Shown one piece after another: positions 25,948-26,916 of a stretch of 26,916 nt of DNA (its first letter is position 1; every line of letters begins with the position of its first letter). A program made the position numbers and the translations under genes. The notes under the pieces are model-generated. The model saw nothing but the letters and a program-made list of their open reading frames with translations, was not told the origin of the DNA and searched no databases. The DNA comes from Thermodesulfobacteriota bacterium (GTDB lineage: Bacteria > Desulfobacterota_D > UBA1144). Where the stretch lies: NCBI GenBank assembly GCA_029246845.1, contig JAQWMJ010000049.1, forward strand, positions 1 to 26,916, written 5' to 3'.

Positions 25948-26916
25948 TTAAGGGGACTTACGCTCCTGCATATTTCCCTTTTTCCCAGTAGCTAACAAAA
26001 TAGCTAACACTTTTTCATCAACCAATGATTCGAGTGCATCTTCTAGGCTTTTATCCGGATGGCAATACCTCATAGTAGTAGAGATATTTGCATGTCCTAG
26101 TATCTTTGACACTGCGACAATATTGCCACATCTTTCTACCATCCTTGTTGCAGCCGTATGTCTTAAGTCGTGGAACCTAAGTCCAGATATATCTGCATTT
26201 CTAAGTGCTGCTCTCCAGACATTGTTAAGTGAATCCTGTCTTTTATATGGCTCATTGTTTGAATTTAAAAAGACATACTCACTCAACCTCTCTTTGAACT
26301 TAAGACTATATAGAACATTTTTCACAACAGAATTAATAGGTATCTTCCTTTTTCTCTTGCTCTTTGTATTTTCAAGATCAAGAGTCATAACTCTGCTTTT
26401 AAGATCGACATTTGTCCACTTAAGGGTAAGGATTTCGAATTTCCTCATCCCTGTATTAAGTGCAAAGACAACTATGTTAGCTAAGTGAGCAGGGCAGACA
26501 TCAAGTAATCTTTTCTCTTCATCTTGAGAAAGGATTCTTTCTACTTGATTATTTACAGGGATAAGACCTGAAATTCTTACAGGATTTTTTCCCTGATATC
26601 TCTCCCACCTCTCAGCTAAATAAAACATAGCTCTTAAGACTTCAAGCTCTTTGTTTACAGTGCTAGAAGACACCGAACCTTGTCTTTTGACTTTATATTG
26701 ATCTATGTGATATGGCTTTATCTCATTAAGTCTCATATCACCGAAAAAAGGGATTAGATGTTTAAGTGCCGATATATCGCGGGCAAGTGATTTTTTCTTC
26801 TCTACATCTCTTTTATAAGAGATATATTCATCACTGAACTGCCGATATCTCGGTATCTTATTTTTAGGCAAGATGAACGAACCAGAATATATCTGCTCTT
26901 CTCTTTCAAGAAGTAT
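25948..26916 (-). CDS. Tyrosine recombinase/phage integrase (5' end outside window)
   Basis: Catalytic set R (TGMR..EI), K (TKS), HDLRH, LGH, Y (TTMRY); frame stays open from 26871 to the window edge (ILLEREEQIYSGSFI). Confidence 0.95.
   Translation of the reverse strand: MLLEREEQIYSGSFILPKNKIPRYRQFSDEYISYKRDVEKKKSLARDISALKHLIPFFGDMRLNEIKPYHIDQYKVKRQGSVSSSTVNKELEVLRAMFYLAERWERYQGKNPVRISGLIPVNNQVERILSQDEEKRLLDVCPAHLANIVVFALNTGMRKFEILTLKWTNVDLKSRVMTLDLENTKSKRKRKIPINSVVKNVLYSLKFKERLSEYVFLNSNNEPYKRQDSLNNVWRAALRNADISGLRFHDLRHTAATRMVERCGNIVAVSKILGHANISTTMRYCHPDKSLEDALESLVDEKVLAILLATGKKGNMQERKSP
25989..26009 (+). repeat. Tandem 9-bp direct repeat TAGCTAACA, possible integrase arm-type sites
   Basis: Copies at 25989-25997 and 26001-26009, about 45 nt from the tRNA 3' end. 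Confidence 0.45.

Larger units (their letters stand above)
25944..26916. mobile_element. Left edge of a tRNA-integrated element (genomic island or prophage)
   Basis: Integrase stop 4 nt downstream of tRNA CCA; second att copy not visible in window. Confidence 0.75.

Overview
AT-rich, very compact bacterial chromosome segment of about 32 genes with many overlapping start/stop codons. Gene content and order (mtnP-pfkB, ispG-proS-pyrF, long hflX, fused ahbAB-hemA-hemC) suggest a streamlined diderm of deltaproteobacterial/Dadabacteria-like affinity; this is inference only. Left to right: M19 dipeptidase; stand-alone sucD; mtnP-pfkB; a candidate flavinylation-linked iron-uptake cluster (ApbE, outer-membrane beta-barrel, FMN-binding protein, His-bearing 4-TM protein, small exported protein, FTR1 permease) with a shared palindromic operator-like box and a structured intergenic element; DUF59-Mrp-DUF1844; ispG-proS-pyrF-MaoC; hflX with a probable ATA start; a DDN-like split-barrel protein; a radical SAM gene plus two tandem luciferase-like oxidoreductases; a pterin operon (two animal-like PTPS genes, a PRTase-FolE fusion, an SDR); ahbAB-hemA-hemC; initiator tRNA-Met; and a tyrosine integrase ending 4 nt from the tRNA CCA, marking the edge of an integrated element that continues past the window. 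The best candidates for undescribed biology are the ApbE/porin/FMN/FTR1 cluster and the PTPS-PTPS-(PRTase-FolE)-SDR operon.
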